From positions 44,268,001-44,332,000 of the forward strand of contig OX597834.1 of NCBI GenBank assembly GCA_951406725.2: DNA of 64,000 nucleotides, given 5' to 3'. This stretch comes from Octopus vulgaris. Lineage: Eukaryota. This document shows, piece by piece, positions 1-14,619 of the stretch (its first letter is position 1; the number at the start of each line of letters is the position of its first letter). The translations under genes were made by a program, and so were the position numbers. A model generated the notes under the pieces. That model was not told the origin of the DNA. It searched no databases and was given only the letters and a program-made list of their open reading frames with translations.

Positions 1-151
1 TCTTCCAGTTTCCGTCTACCAAATCCACTCACAAGGCATTTGTCGGCCCGGGGCTATAGCAGAAGACACTTGCCCAAGATGCCACGCAGTGGACTGAACC
101 CGGAACCATGTGGTTAGTTAGCAAGCTACTTACCACACAGCCACTCCTGCG

Positions 152-154
<3 letters not shown>
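1..154 (-). mobile_element. tRNA-derived SINE family A (head and core; runs off the window start)
   Basis: Reverse strand reads ggagtggctgtgtggtaagtagcttgc...ccgggttcagtccactgcgtggcatcttgggcaagtgtcttc. It has A/B-box-like motifs and matches about 10 other copies in the window. Confidence 0.85.
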
Positions 155-196
<42 letters not shown>

Positions 197-201
<5 letters not shown>

Positions 202-468
202 CGTGATCACCGTGACCGACCAGGCTATCAGATGTTGCTACATATCGCTGGTCACAATGCGCTTCACATTGGGTTTTAGCCTTGAAAGGACGCCACCACG
301 CTGGCTAAGCGAGCAGTCCAATAGAAGAAAGAGTTAGAGAAAGTTGTGGTGAAAGAGTACAGCAGGGATCGCCACCACCCCTACCGGAGCCTCGTGGAGT
401 TTTAGGTGTTTTAGCTCAATAAACACTCACAACGCCCGGTCTGGGAATCGAAACCGCGATCCTACGAC
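197..468 (-). mobile_element. tRNA-derived SINE family B, 5'-truncated, tail ending in (TA)n
   Basis: Near-identical to 28232-28542. B-box ggtttcgattccc on the minus strand. Confidence 0.85.
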
Positions 469-836
469 TGTATTTTTTTGCCTGTCAATCACTTAGTAAA
501 GCTGAAATTTTTAAAAATCCGTTATCTCTCTCCCTCTCCCTCCCTCTCTTTACACCGTCGCTAGAAGGGGATTTAACTCATGTTTTGTAAACAATAATGG
601 CGTCACTACAGGGGATTTCTCCGTCGTGAAAATTGAAGTTATGGCTCAAAATTATTTACCGATATTCGCGGGTGCCTCGGGGGAAAATAATTTGACGAAA
701 ATACAGCTAGCATCGTGACGAATGTCCTCCTAAAATTTGAGCGACATGCGTACTAATTTGTGGATATGCATAAACTACATTCACGTACACACACACACAC
801 ATCCTGCGTTATATATATATACAGATATATGTATTC

Positions 837-868
<32 letters not shown>

Positions 869-873
869 TCCCA

Positions 874-919
<46 letters not shown>

Positions 920-951
920 ATATATATGTATGCATAACTATACATGTACAT

Positions 952-1004
<53 letters not shown>

Positions 1005-1065
1005 TGTGTGTGTATGTATGTATATATATATATATATATACATAAACACACGCATACACATATCC

Positions 1066-1108
<43 letters not shown>

Positions 1109-1172
1109 TGTGTGTGTATGTATGTATATATATATATATATATATACATAAACACACGCATACACATATCCC

Positions 1173-1223
<51 letters not shown>

Positions 1224-1225
1224 GT

Positions 1226-1283
<58 letters not shown>

Positions 1284-1815
1284 TTGTATGTATGAATATA
1301 TAAGTATGTGTATGTATATATGTGTGTGTGTCATTATTGGATGACATTCCGCATGAGCAGTTTGAGAGAATTGAAAACATAACACAGCATATGGTAGCCA
1401 TATGCCAACACCTTAAAGCATTGTCAGTATTACTTATATAGCGATATACAACCATTTACACATGCAAGTATTTACGTGGGTTGTGCTACGATTTGTGCGA
1501 GTCGTTTTTACTGCTTTCCTTTGCGTCTGTTGCCAGGAAATAAAAATCAAATAGAAAAAATGTAAATAAAAACGGAAAAACGTCAATGAATTTTCTTATT
1601 TAGTCTCAAAACGTTAAACTTCACGTAAATATTGTCTGTTGCTCACACAAGAGCTTTCAGTGACCGGTGTATGGCTCTGCTGGAGCACCATGCTCCGATG
1701 ATTACATTGGCTCAGATGCTCTGTTTTATGTTCTTGTTATTAATAAACCTGGAAAACGAAATTTAGAATCTACTCGATAGTAAATGAACGTAACTGGAAA
1801 GTAAAAAAAAAAAAC

Positions 1816-2200
1816 ATTTCTACTCTATGCACAAGGCCTTGAAAATTTTGTGGGTAGGGGGCTAGTCGACTATAACGATTAGAGTGCTTAACTGGTACTT
1901 ATTTCATCGACCCCAAAAGACTGAAAGGCTAAGTCGACCTTGGCGGAATTTGAACTCAAAACATAGCGGCAGGCGAAATACCTATTTCTTTACTACCCAC
2001 AAGGGGCTAAACACAGAGGGGACAAACGGATTAAGTCGATTATATCGACCTCAGTGCGTAACTGGTACTTATTTAATCGACCTCGAAAAGATGAAAGGCA
2101 AAGTCGACCTCGGCGAATTTGAACTCAGAACGTAGCTGCGGATGAAATACGGCTACGCATTTCGCCCGGTGTGCTAATGTTTCTGCCAGATCGCCGCCTT
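1816..2200 (-). mobile_element. Composite of two family C SINEs (Tx1-tailed variant joined to a 5'-truncated copy)
   Basis: Two copies of the gtcgactttgcctttcatc...gtcgat core. Junction at 1982/1983. Head ggcggcga..ctggcagaaacattagc ends at 2200. Confidence 0.8.
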
Positions 2201-2215
2201 GGTTGGATCAAATAA

Positions 2216-2425
2216 TCCTTTCTACTAGAGCCACAAGGCCTCAAATTTGTGGGGAGGGGACTAGTCGATAACACTGACTCCAGTGTTTCACTAGTACTTA
2301 ATTTATCAACGCCGACAGGAGCCCAAGTCGACTTCGGCGGAATTTGAACTCAAAACGTAGCGGCAGACGAAATACCGCTAAGCATTTCGTCCGGCGTGCT
2401 AACGATTCCGCCAGTTCGCCGCCTT
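2216..2425 (-). mobile_element. SINE family C
   Basis: Head aaggcggcgaactggcggaatcgttagcacgccgg and B-box gagttcaaattcc on the minus strand. Confidence 0.85.
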
Positions 2426-2534
2426 GGTTGAAATAAATAATGGAAACACTTTGATCAATGAGAGTTCTATTATTTAATCCATAATTTATGTACCTTTGGT
2501 AACAGCCACAGTTTTAATCTGTCGAGGGATTACG

Positions 2535-2640
2535 GGAGAATCGTTAGCATCCCAGGCAACATCCTTAACGGTATTTCGTCTGTTTTTACGTTCTGATTTC
2601 AAATTCCGCCGTGGTTGACTTTGCCTTTCGTCCTATCGGT
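2535..2640 (+). mobile_element. SINE family C, partial and degenerate
   Basis: gaatcgttagcatcccagg...ttcaaattccgccgtggttgactttgcctttcgtcc. Confidence 0.7.
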
Positions 2641-2894
2641 ATTTGCTAACAAATCTCCGTGCTCCAATTATTACTGTTCCAAATGTGAATTTGTAATCTG
2701 GATTATAGAATGTTGTCACCAGTTAACCACTTTTCCCCTTGGTTTACTTGGTCTTCTGTAACATTCGTATCATCGGGACAGTAGAATTCTATGGAAGCAT
2801 ATGGTATTTCATGTTTGCCCTAGACAGGAATATCTGGCCTGTTATGTTTTGATGGGAATGTTCCATCAGTATTTCTTCAATCTATGTTTATATA

Positions 2895-3056
2895 TCCCAC
2901 TGCGTGGCACCTTAGGCAAGTGTCTTCTACTATAGATTGGGCTGACCAAAGCCCTGTGAGTGGATTTGGTAGACGAAAACTGAAAGAAGAATAAGTACTA
3001 GGCTTACAAAGAATAAGTCCGGGAGTCGATTTGCTCGACTAAAAGGTGGTGCTCCA
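2895..3056 (+). mobile_element. SINE family A, 5'-truncated with internal deletion
   Basis: cccactgcgtggcaccttaggcaagtgtcttctactatag...gaaagaag joined directly to the tail aataagtactaggcttacaaagaataagtcc. Confidence 0.8.
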
Positions 3057-3146
3057 TCCTGGGGCACCGCTATACACATACATTACATACATACAAGCAT
3101 ATATGCATACATATATTACATACATATATACATACATACATCTATG

Positions 3147-3186
<40 letters not shown>

Positions 3187-3194
3187 CATATATA

Positions 3195-3475
3195 TAAATT
3201 GGAGAAAAACCACTATTATGTAATTCAAACAATGATAGACATAAACCATATCATATCATTTTTTTGTACTTTTTGTGTTCTAGTTTTATGTTTTATAATA
3301 CGTTTTATTTTTTCTATATGGTATGATTTACGTCTATCATTGTTTGAATTGTATAATAGTGGCTTTTCTCCAATTAATATATATCATATATTTATATTGT
3401 GAAATTTGGTTTAATACTAAATTGAATTTTTCCCTGTAAGTTGGGAGTTATATTCCCTAATATTATGATTATTAT
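3195..3475 (+). mobile_element. Penelope-like pseudo-LTR 3' fragment with inverted 5' copy, within (TA)n
   Basis: 3197-3256 is the reverse complement of 3315-3375. The body is homologous to 51265-51475, which lies immediately 3' of a hammerhead motif. Confidence 0.6.
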
Positions 3476-3477
3476 TA

Positions 3478-3554
<77 letters not shown>

Positions 3555-4452
3555 CATATATACATACATACTTAGCACAAACACATAGAGACAACGGGAG
3601 AGAGAGAGAGAGAGAGAGAGAGAGGGATCGTGTTGTACATATTAATGATTGTTTGTTGGACGCATTGAAAATGACTGAATCTTTTAAAGCCAGACACGGA
3701 ATGGGCGACAACGCTTCTGGTTCTTCAGTAAGATGTCAGCCTTGGTTCCACAGAGATACTTTATTGTTCCACATTTAATCAAGAAGACAATATTAAAGAG
3801 CACAGTAGCGACTAAGCGTTACTCAATGAGATAAGAACCTTCACAACATATCAAAATGCGTTTTGCTGGAGACTGTGCTGCGATTTCTAGCAGCTCCACC
3901 GACCACGCAGAGGCTAAATCGTGAAGCGATTGAAAAATTGTTTAAAGAAAAGACCCATTAGCATTTACAGACAAACGGCCGGGTGTCGTGGGTTGCCTGG
4001 GAATCAAATAATTAAAAATGGTAACATAAGTTATTACATTGGCAACGCCTTAATAATCAAAAAATAATCCATACACATAACCGCACCCTGTATATACATT
4101 CATGTGTAGACAATGATATATATATATATATATATATATATTTGAAGTTGAGAGAGAAGCAGAGAGGAAAAGGAAGAGTGAGAGAGAGGGATAAACTTGA
4201 AGACAGTTTTGTATGCGAAGTTAAATATATATCAAAGCACCGGTTAAGTGTATATCATCGATCATATATGCGTGTGTGAATGTGTGTGTTACATACAAGT
4301 CGATGTGTGAGTGTGAGTATGTGTACGTGTATGCATGGATGTATGAGAACGCAAGCATTTAAAACACATATGCTCATTTATATAATGCACAGATGTTCAA
4401 GCGATGATACATGGGTACAGCTGTTCACTGATGTCAACATGTGTACACACAC

Positions 4453-4523
<71 letters not shown>

Positions 4524-4544
4524 GCATATATATGTATGTATGTA

Positions 4545-4602
<58 letters not shown>

Positions 4603-5002
4603 CCCCTCTCTCGAACTTGCAGACCTTATGTCAAAATCTGAAACCAATGTTTTCAAGCAGGTATCAAAAGTGAAGTGCCGTACCCTATTTTCCTGGATTG
4701 TTCCATAACACAGTAAAATGTTTATTACAATAATAACACCCGACTGAACATTACGACAGAGAAATTGATAAATACCCACATTATCAGTCAGCTCACGTCA
4801 GATATAAAATCCTTATTCAGATTTACACCTTATATAATGCATTTTTAAAATATTTTATTCCACCTCGTCAATTGCAGCCGTTGTTGCAATTTCCCATGCA
4901 TTTATGGTGGAGCGCCATCATGACGCTCATGGATAATTGTTTTATGTGTTTCTCAACCGAGTCATTCACTTCGTTCAAATCAAGGACCACGTAATGATCC
5001 AA

Positions 5003-5758
5003 CTACTCTATGTGTCTTGCTTGTCTCTGCTTCAAACATTTCAAGGTATTTCGATGAGGCAAAGTGTGTCCCAAGGTAAAGTCAAGTATTTGCTGAAAGC
5101 TCTCTCGTGATTTCACTATTCGCTGTACAACATCTGCAATGGAGATGTGATTTTCCTGAAAATCTTTTAAAGAACCATCAACAGAGATATTCACTTCAAA
5201 AGAAGTTTCACTTCTTTTTTATGATATAAAAACAATTGTTGATCACTTGTTGATCTTACAGCTTGTGGAAGAGACGTGGATTTGGGACACAAGAAATGGG
5301 TTGTGATGAAAACAAACTTCTGTGGCATTTAATGCATGAATTTAGAAAGGGGTGTTGGACCCTTTTCTGTATAACATGATAACCTTCACTGGGAAACCTC
5401 CATGTTGTTTACAACACTCCAACCTCACTCTATGCGATGATCTCAGAGGTGGGGGTGGATATAGCATAGAGTTGAATGGCAAGTGGGGGGATGGCTACGC
5501 ATATCACTGAAGCATGCTGTAAAGAAGGACGTGGTAAGCGAGGCTGTTGTGTCGGATACCGATTGAAGAACAGCACCGGATTATGGATATTTTTGAAGGC
5601 ACCGGAATTCTCTGATTAAAACAAGAAATGGTTTCGTATTCCTATAACCAGCTGCATTGGAGCAGAAAATAAAGTTAGACAGTCCTTACTTGGCTTATGT
5701 CTAGATAATCCTTGCTTGGCTTATGTGCAAACAATTTGGTTTCCTCACTTAAATTGAG
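5003..5758 (-). pseudogene. Tigger/pogo-family (DDE_1) transposase pseudogene
   Basis: Frameshifted minus-strand translation gives HKPSKDCLTL/FCSNAAG...KPFLV..SE..AFKN (about 5590-5700), PKSTSLPQA/DQQVI (about 5240-5290) and SLKDFQENHISIAD. These match pogo consensus motifs KPSKDRLTLLFCSNASG..KPLLV..SENPRAFKN and PPNTTSLLQPMDQQVI. The element may extend to about 4600. Confidence 0.7.
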
Positions 5759-6090
5759 ACTGATACTGCAAATTTACACTAATATTATTTGAAAGATTAT
5801 TTGAAAGATTATTATGATGATTAAGAGACTCATCGTTTGTTTCAGCGAAAATGAGTTTGCGTAGGCGGGCACAAGTGACCTTTGACTATCTTAATTTACA
5901 TTAGTTATTTATCTCAAATTACGTTCATTATAATTCAATTAATTATTGAAATAGGTTGTTGCGGTTATTTTCTTTATCAGAACAATTCTTTACAACAGTC
6001 AAAGAGTATACGTATACCTACACAGACACACAAACACGCATGGATACGCACATATACAAACGTAAATTTACTATATGAATTGTATATACA

Positions 6091-6136
<46 letters not shown>

Positions 6137-6315
6137 TACGTATGTGTATACACACATATACATACATAGGTCTTTGTGTATATATATGTTCCTCTGTGTG
6201 TATACATGTATGTATATCCATATGCAGAGAGAAAGAGAGAGAGAAATAAAGAGACAGAGACAAACATATGCATATTTATAGAGTTATATATATATATGCA
6301 TGCACACACCATTAA

Positions 6316-6368
<53 letters not shown>

Positions 6369-7286
6369 AACACACTCAGACTTGAGTGTATGTGTATCTG
6401 AATGTGTGTGTGTTTATGTATACACATAAATATAAAATAAAGTCGCGGATGCGTGGATATACATAATTCAATTCAAAATGTGCGTGTATATAAAGTATAA
6501 AGGCTGTTAACTGATAACAAAATATATCGACAATTTATTATTTCGCTTACTACAGGAAGCTACTGTCGCCCCCTCTATTTTATCTTAAGACCTAATACTA
6601 ACATTTAATATCCTTCCCAATTACAAGATTGATAGAATCTCATACGATTTCAAACTCCATTATTTTCTAGAAATCACTATTTCGACAATTTCATCCATCA
6701 TGTCCACCGCCACATAACAATCAGCTACAGCAGCAACTAATCGCCAAACTCCTACCAATACCACACAACGAACGCCATTGCGACGTGTCTCTATATTTCT
6801 TGTCTATCTTTCACTTAACATTCGCCATTTTGTTTCAGCGATTATATATTTATTTTTATTTGTTACACTTATTATTTATTTTATTTTTTGGGGACTTCGT
6901 TGTGTTTTTTTTCTTTTGTCTTTATTCGTGTGTGCTTGTAGGTGTCTTCACAGCATGTGTTGAATTCTAGCAATTAGGTTTTCTACACTTTTAGACCTAA
7001 TATGTTTTATTGTTTTTTTCTTTTTCATTATGTTTGCGTTTCATAACATTGTAGCGGGTTCTTGCGTGTGTATGTGTGTTGTGTGTGTGTTGCATGTGTT
7101 TCAGTGTGTTGTGCGCTTGTTTTTTGTGTATGCGGGTGTAAGAAAACAAGAATGAATCCAGAATAAAAATATGCCAAGGAATTATAAAAGACAGGAACCA
7201 AAAATGATTAAATATAAAAGATGATTAAAAGAAAAAAAAATTACATGGGAGATGAATATGTGCGTATCTATGTGTGTGCTTGTGCG

Positions 7287-7363
<77 letters not shown>

Positions 7364-7444
7364 GGTATGAATGTATATATGTATGTAGGTGTGTGAGTGT
7401 ATATATATATATATATGTAGGTATGAATATATGAATTTATGCAT

Positions 7445-7485
<41 letters not shown>

Positions 7486-7631
7486 TATGTACACATACAC
7501 ACACACACAAATATATATATACATACACACACAAGCACACATTACAGATATCTTGACCTATAACAAGATTGTTGTAATTATAAACACACATACACACACA
7601 CATAACAAGATTGGTATAATATTATATACAT

Positions 7632-7669
<38 letters not shown>

Positions 7670-7842
7670 GGAAACACATAACTTTATGTATATAAGTATG
7701 TACATGTGTGTATATATATATACACACACAAACACAAACACACACACATATATATGTATGTATATGTATGTATGTATATACATATATATATGTATACATT
7801 TATATATGTATAAATATGTGTGTATATATATATGTATGTATA

Positions 7843-7890
<48 letters not shown>

Positions 7891-8199
7891 AAAATGGAGT
7901 CATGATGCAACATCTGGTTCAATGCAGCCTATGATATATCGAGGCGTCTTCTTCCTAATAGATTTCGTGATATTAACAAAAGCTCCGAAGGACAGAATTG
8001 ATAGATGTGTGCTTGCATTAGCTCACACACAAACACACACACAACCATGTATACATGCGTAGAAGTGAAATATTAAACTATATGTGTGTGTGTGTATATG
8101 TGACTCCGTGCGTATGTCTATGGATGTGCCATATTGTGTGTTAAGGACGAAGCGTACAATTTCAATTATATGCAATCAGAGAACATATGTGATATAAGC

Positions 8200-8281
<82 letters not shown>

Positions 8282-8418
8282 GTCTATCTATCTAACTATC
8301 TGTTTGTCTGTCTGCCTGTCTGTCTATCTATCAGTCTATCCATCCACCTATGCATTTTTCTCACACTCTCGAGCGTAAGCAAAGACAACGATATAGATTT
8401 GCATATGTGTGTGAGTAC

Positions 8419-8451
<33 letters not shown>

Positions 8452-8769
8452 CGCGCGTGCGTGTGTGCGTGTGTGTGTGCTGTACGTTTTTCGGTGTTTG
8501 TGTATGTGTGGGATGTGAGAAACGAATAAGAAGAAAAGGAAAGAAAGAAAGAAAGAATGAATGGGATGAAGAATCAAAGCTTGAATAGAAAATAATATGG
8601 GAATAGAGAGAGAAAGAGAGAGAGAGAGGGAGAGAGAGAGGCAGAAGAAAGAAGATGAAGAGCTGAAGCAGTGGGTGAGTTCTAAAGATGTAATTTACCA
8701 CATTGTCTACAATAAATTCTGATACATAACTGGAGCTGGGGTCATATCTCCCCGTGTGCAGAAGTTGGA

Positions 8770-8996
8770 ACGGTTAAGGATTTCAACTCAACTGTCGTGA
8801 AAGCTGGGTTCCATCCTATTTTGTGAGACCTTGTGTGTTGTGTTCTTGAGCAAGACTCTTTATATCACTCATTACTCCTTTTCACTCAGCTGTAGTAATG
8901 AGTTGAGATGTCATTGGTGCCAAGGTGTATCGGCCCCCTTTGCCTTTCCCTTGGAGAACATCTGTAGTGAGGAAAGCGGAGGCTGGTTTGCATGAG
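8770..8996 (+). mobile_element. Degenerate CORE-type SINE (family D)
   Basis: tgtgttcttgagcaagactc...cactcagctgtagtaatgagttg; same tail as 34152-34442. Confidence 0.7.
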
Positions 8997-10011
8997 TATT
9001 AGGCTTTAAAAATTGGTCCTGGGGTCGATTTGTTCAACTAAAATAATTCAAGGAGGTACCCCGGCTTGGCCACAGTCAAATAATTGAAACAAGTTTTTAA
9101 ATAATAAGTAATTACAATACGTAGGCGTCGCTGCAGAATTAGTTGGTTGATTTTGCTGAACCAAGGCCCCAAAATACATCGATTTAGTCATCAGGGGCTA
9201 TCGAACCCTATCTCTCTCTCTCTCTAGCAGCCTGTGAAGAAACCTCAACATTGATTCTCGACTTTCAAGACGTGACCTTGAAATTTTAAAATCTTTTCAG
9301 CAACATTAGCGAAAACATTTTTCAAAAAAAAAAAATTGAAGTTTGATTTCAAATATTGATGGTATTTAAATCATACTGAGCCCTCCCCACCCCATATATA
9401 TATATACCGATACATTAGTTCCTGTATTCAAGCTTTTAGAGTAAAAAGTCCAAGGAATTTAGAAAGAATTGTAGCTAAAATATAAATTCTGTTTTGTACC
9501 TTTGAATAGCGGAATTCAATAACTAAGCACAATGCGTGTGTGTATGTGGTTGTGTGTAAGTGCGTGTATATGTGTGTGCGCGTGCGTGTGTCTCTGTATA
9601 TATGTGTGTACACATGTGTGTAAGTCGTTCTGGAGGAAAAGACAAATTAATGAGAACATTTCAGAAGAATTATTAGACTTGCAATTCCAAGTATTATTGT
9701 TGCTTCTTCACAACTTCACAGCAAGGCTCGTTCAATATTTGCGTATTCCTTTGTGAAATGGTTATGAGAATTAAAGATAATTAAATGGTAACATGCTAAG
9801 GGTAAAATCAGTGTTAGAAGATATATTTTTGCTGTCGGAATTGCAAAAAATGCCTGTCACTTATTATCATATCAAAGCAAGTGTTCAGAATATTGACACA
9901 GACGTCAGACCTTGTATAAATATTCTATGCAGCACAATGCTTGAATAAAATGGGGCTCAAAGTTTGGCACAAAACCAGCAAAAATGGGAGAGAGGGTATA
10001 TTTTATCTTGG

Positions 10012-10376
10012 GGGCGCAATGGCCCAGTGGTTAGGGCAGTGGACTCGCGGTTGTAGGATCGAGGTTTCGATTCCCACACCGGGCATTGTGAGTGTTTATT
10101 GAGCGAAAACACCTAAAGCTCCACGTGCCCCCGCAGGGGGTGCTGCTGAACCCTGCTGTACTCTTTCACCACAACTTTCTCTCACTCTTTGTTTCTATTT
10201 CGGCTGTACTTAGATTTCAAAGGGCCAGCTTTGTCACACTGAGTCTCCCCTGAGAACTACGTTAAGGGTACACGTGTCTTTGGAGTGCTCAGCCACTTGC
10301 ACGTTAATTTCACGAGCAGGCTGTTCTGTTGATCGGATCAACTGTAACCCTTATCGTCGTAACAGACGGAGTACCA
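10012..10376 (+). mobile_element. SINE family B head with alternative long tail
   Basis: A-box tggcccagtgg and B-box ggtttcgattccc. Tail ...gagaactacgttaagggtacacg...gacggagtacca is shared with the family D copy at 24941-25257. Confidence 0.85.
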
Positions 10377-10780
10377 TAGAAAAAAAGAAACTTATTATAT
10401 CGATTCCGAAGGATGGGAGGGAAAGTCGACCTCGGTAGAATTTGAACTCAGAATCAAAAGACGGACGTAGTCCAGTGGCTAAAATTTAGGTTGTGAGCCG
10501 TGTAGCTTCCTCATGATAAGTGGCAGAAAGAATTTTGTGTGTGAATAGTTATTTGTGTATAGACTGTGATAAAGTCTAAGTCTTGGTTTGTACTTTTGTA
10601 TCAAATTATTTTCTTTGTTTATCCGCGCTTCATCTGTGGTATTCGCTGAACATAGATAGACTGGGAAAACCTGGAATTTGGAGAACTTTTTTTTTTGCAC
10701 ATATCTATGTGTCCCCTCAGTGGAATCTGTCTAGTATTGGTGTCTCTTATTTGTTGTCGGTCAATGTATTTATATGTATG

Positions 10781-10811
<31 letters not shown>

Positions 10812-10859
10812 ATATGTGTGTGTGTGTATGTGTGTGAGTGCATATGTATGTGTGTGTAT

Positions 10860-10895
<36 letters not shown>

Positions 10896-11579
10896 CGATA
10901 GATAGATAGATAGACAACCAGATAGGTAAATACAGAGAGATGTCACACGGAATAGAAGCCATTACTAGTAGGGGATATACATACCTAAATGGATATATAG
11001 ATACATTCATACATACATACCTACATATGTGTGTGTTTGAGTTTAGAGGGAGAGAAAGAGAGTGAGAGAGAGAAAGCGATACTCAAGTATATACATACAA
11101 CAGTGATTGCTTTGCACAACTCCACATAGAAATACAGACAGGAAGGCGTGTGCATGCTTATGTTTGTATGCGTATGTGAGGCCCCGAAAGAGAACTTAGA
11201 ATGACACAACGCAAACACATCGAAAAATGCACACAAACACGGGCAAACACAAATACAAATAAACAAATACGTGAGAGTGCGCGCGCGCAGTAATTTATGC
11301 TTCAGAGATTAAGAGAAAGAGAGAGATAGAGAAAGAGAGAGAGACAGTGAGTGGGAGAGAAAGAGAGATGGAGTGTGAGGGAGAGAGGTAATCTAAATAC
11401 GCTTACAGATCAATTTATTTTTAAGTAGAAAACAATGGCCGACTCCGTGGTTCCCCACAGAAATGATGTCGGTCTAGATAACTCTATTAATATCACATTA
11501 AATACGTCTAGATTATCACAGCCCACACCAATTAGTCTCCTTAGTAAACACTGCAGATGTCTATATCTAGGTATATCTG

Positions 11580-11658
<79 letters not shown>

Positions 11659-11761
11659 TTTATACACTATATATAAATATATGTGCGTATATTTATGTCT
11701 ACGTTTCTGTTAATACTTGTATAAATTTATATATATGCATAAATTCGTATACATATACATA

Positions 11762-11794
<33 letters not shown>

Positions 11795-11874
11795 GTATGT
11801 GTATATATATGTATATATATATATATGTGTGTGTATGTTTACGCATGTATATATATATATACATAAGTACATAC

Positions 11875-11907
<33 letters not shown>

Positions 11908-12412
11908 CATATATATAGGTAGAAATATATATACATATATATATATATATGTATCCATATATTTATATACATGTGAGTGTGTGTGTATGTATGTGTGTGT
12001 GTGTGCGTGTGCAAGGAGCGTCTGTCGCTCTAAGGCTGTCACTCGTGATTTGTTGGGCGATAACTTGATTCGTCAACAGCTGAAACGGGGAACGAAATGT
12101 AAGTATGAAGTTGTGCAAATGGCAAACACATGCAGCACCATTCCGACGATCAAAGAGATGTTGTGGAAGCGTACGACGAAGGAATCTTCTCTCTCTCACC
12201 AAAACTAAATTATATTTTCTTCCTTTTATGGTCGATGAAAATACTCACCATCGATGACGTAGACTGAAATGCGTACACGCGCGCACACACACATACTCTC
12301 TCTCTCACACACACACGCATATGTATATCTATATATATGTATGTATATTGCACATGCACACATATACATATGTATATATAACACACACAAATACTCAAGT
12401 ATGTATGTATGC

Positions 12413-12486
<74 letters not shown>

Positions 12487-12494
12487 TTATCTAT

Positions 12495-13147
12495 CGAGTC
12501 GGTTTATCAGCCGAGTATATCGTCAATATTGTCACGCCCCCTTCCTTCAAACGGGAAGGAAGAGCTATTTTCATCATCCTTGTGGCTATGGCGAAAGAAT
12601 GTATCTAGTGGACGCGTCTGAAAGGATTGGAGGCAAACACTTTCCTCTCTGGTCAATCTCTCATCAACTTCTTCAAGTACCACTTGAAAAGGAAAGTGAG
12701 AGTAGAGAGGCAAGTTTTGTCTAGCGAATGTTTCAAAAAATGATGGGTGAATGTAGCAAGGATGGCACGTATGAATGACGAAGTATAATCCTATGAACCC
12801 GGAAAAATTTAATACAGAGAGTTACCTACTTGCAAACAAATGTGGTAACATGTAACATTATCGACCGAGGTTACTGTGGCCTTTTCAGTAGGCTTTTCTT
12901 TCCACGGATAAACATTATCTGCTACCCTCTTTACACTTTACATCATGACATTTCTGTGATACACGATCCCTATTGACGTCTTTTTCTTTTTCCGTTTTTT
13001 CTTTCCTTTTTCTTCTTTTTTCTTCCCCTTTTACGATCCCCTTTGATCGAAAACCTACCCCAATTTTTTTTTCCTCTCCAAAAGGAAAAGCTCTACTTTG
13101 TAATCTGTCCCGTCTGTGTGCAGCCCTGTGTGGCTAATAAAGAAATA
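12495..13147 (+). mobile_element. Tx1/L1-clade LINE 3' end (ORF2 C-terminus, 3'UTR, AATAAA), embedded in (TATC)n
   Basis: Translation ...IILVAMAKECI*WTRLKG...FFKYHLKRKVRVERQVLSSECFKK*W fits the L1/Tx1 ORF2 terminal pattern AKxxIWxxR...F...W. It ends gtggctaataaagaaa and has (TATC)n on both sides. Confidence 0.7.
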
Positions 13148-13153
13148 TATCGC

Positions 13154-13249
<96 letters not shown>

Positions 13250-13507
13250 GCTATCTATCTATCCATCTGCCTGTCTGTCCGTCTGTCTGTATGTATGTTT
13301 GTCTCTCTGTCTATCTGTCAATTTGCCTGTCTGTCTGTTTGTCTGTATATCTGTATGTATATCTGTCTGTATGTATGTATATATGTATGTATCTTTCTAT
13401 CTATTTATCTATTTATCTAACAACCTATTAATTCATCTCTCAATCAATTTATAAATCTATCAATCTATTTATCAATCAATCAATTTATAAATGTATCTAT
13501 CTATCTA

Positions 13508-13583
<76 letters not shown>

Positions 13584-13612
13584 CATCCATCCATCCATCC
13601 ATCCATCCATCC

Positions 13613-13719
<107 letters not shown>

Positions 13720-14164
13720 CTTCGCTCTCTTCCCTACGGCCAAAACACCGTAAGCTGGTTTAATTATCTTCGGAATATCTAAATGTATTTCTGTCTTCCA
13801 CAAAATTAATTGAAAACTTCGATTAATTACTCTGAGGGTTCAGTCCGAAAGAACACAATAAGATGGTGGGGGGAGGGGGAGGTGTGACTATGCTTGTGTG
13901 TGTATGGGTGTGCGTGCGTGTGCAACTCTGTGTTTGCGCGCGCACTTGCGGAGAACGTTGGTGAAGAAGAGCGGTAATAAAATTTCTGGTAATAGGCGAG
14001 AAATAGATGTTAGGAAGGGATACACAACGAAAAAAGGGTGAGTTTGAGAGACTGGAGAGTTCTAATGGAAGACAATGGAATCGGTAGAGTATTAGAGACA
14101 GGAAAAATGAAGAAATATTTAAGAAGAGGTGGCCAAGAAGAGGTGGACAAGAGGAGGTGGTCAA

Positions 14165-14375
14165 AGAGAAGTTTCGTTCATTACTGAAGCAAAATTGAGA
14201 GCTTGGCTGGATCAATTTTTCCAGTCGAAATCAGGTGATTTCTAAAAAGGAGGTATTGAAAATCTTGTTGAACGTTGGGAAGAAGTTGTAAACAACAAGG
14301 GTGAATACATTATTGATTAATTAGTTGTTATTTTTTATTGAAACTTTAAAAAACTTTTAAATAAAAAAAACCCAC
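14165..14375 (+). pseudogene. mariner transposase C-terminal fragment
   Basis: REVSFITEAKLRAWLDQFFQSKSGDF*KGGIENLVERWEEVVNNKGEYIID* ends at 14320; typical mariner C-terminus. Confidence 0.85.
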
Positions 14376-14579
14376 GATATGTATCTGTCTGTCTGTCTGT
14401 ATATCCATACAAAGGGAAAGATGTATAAAGGGGGAAAGAGACAAATGTTGATATAGATGTATCAATATATATAGATCTGTGTATGCGTGCGTGTGTGTGT
14501 ATAAGTGTGCATACATATATTTATGCATTTATGTAGTTGTACGCATACATATATAATTGTCTGTGCGTATATGTATGCA

Positions 14580-14619
<40 letters not shown>

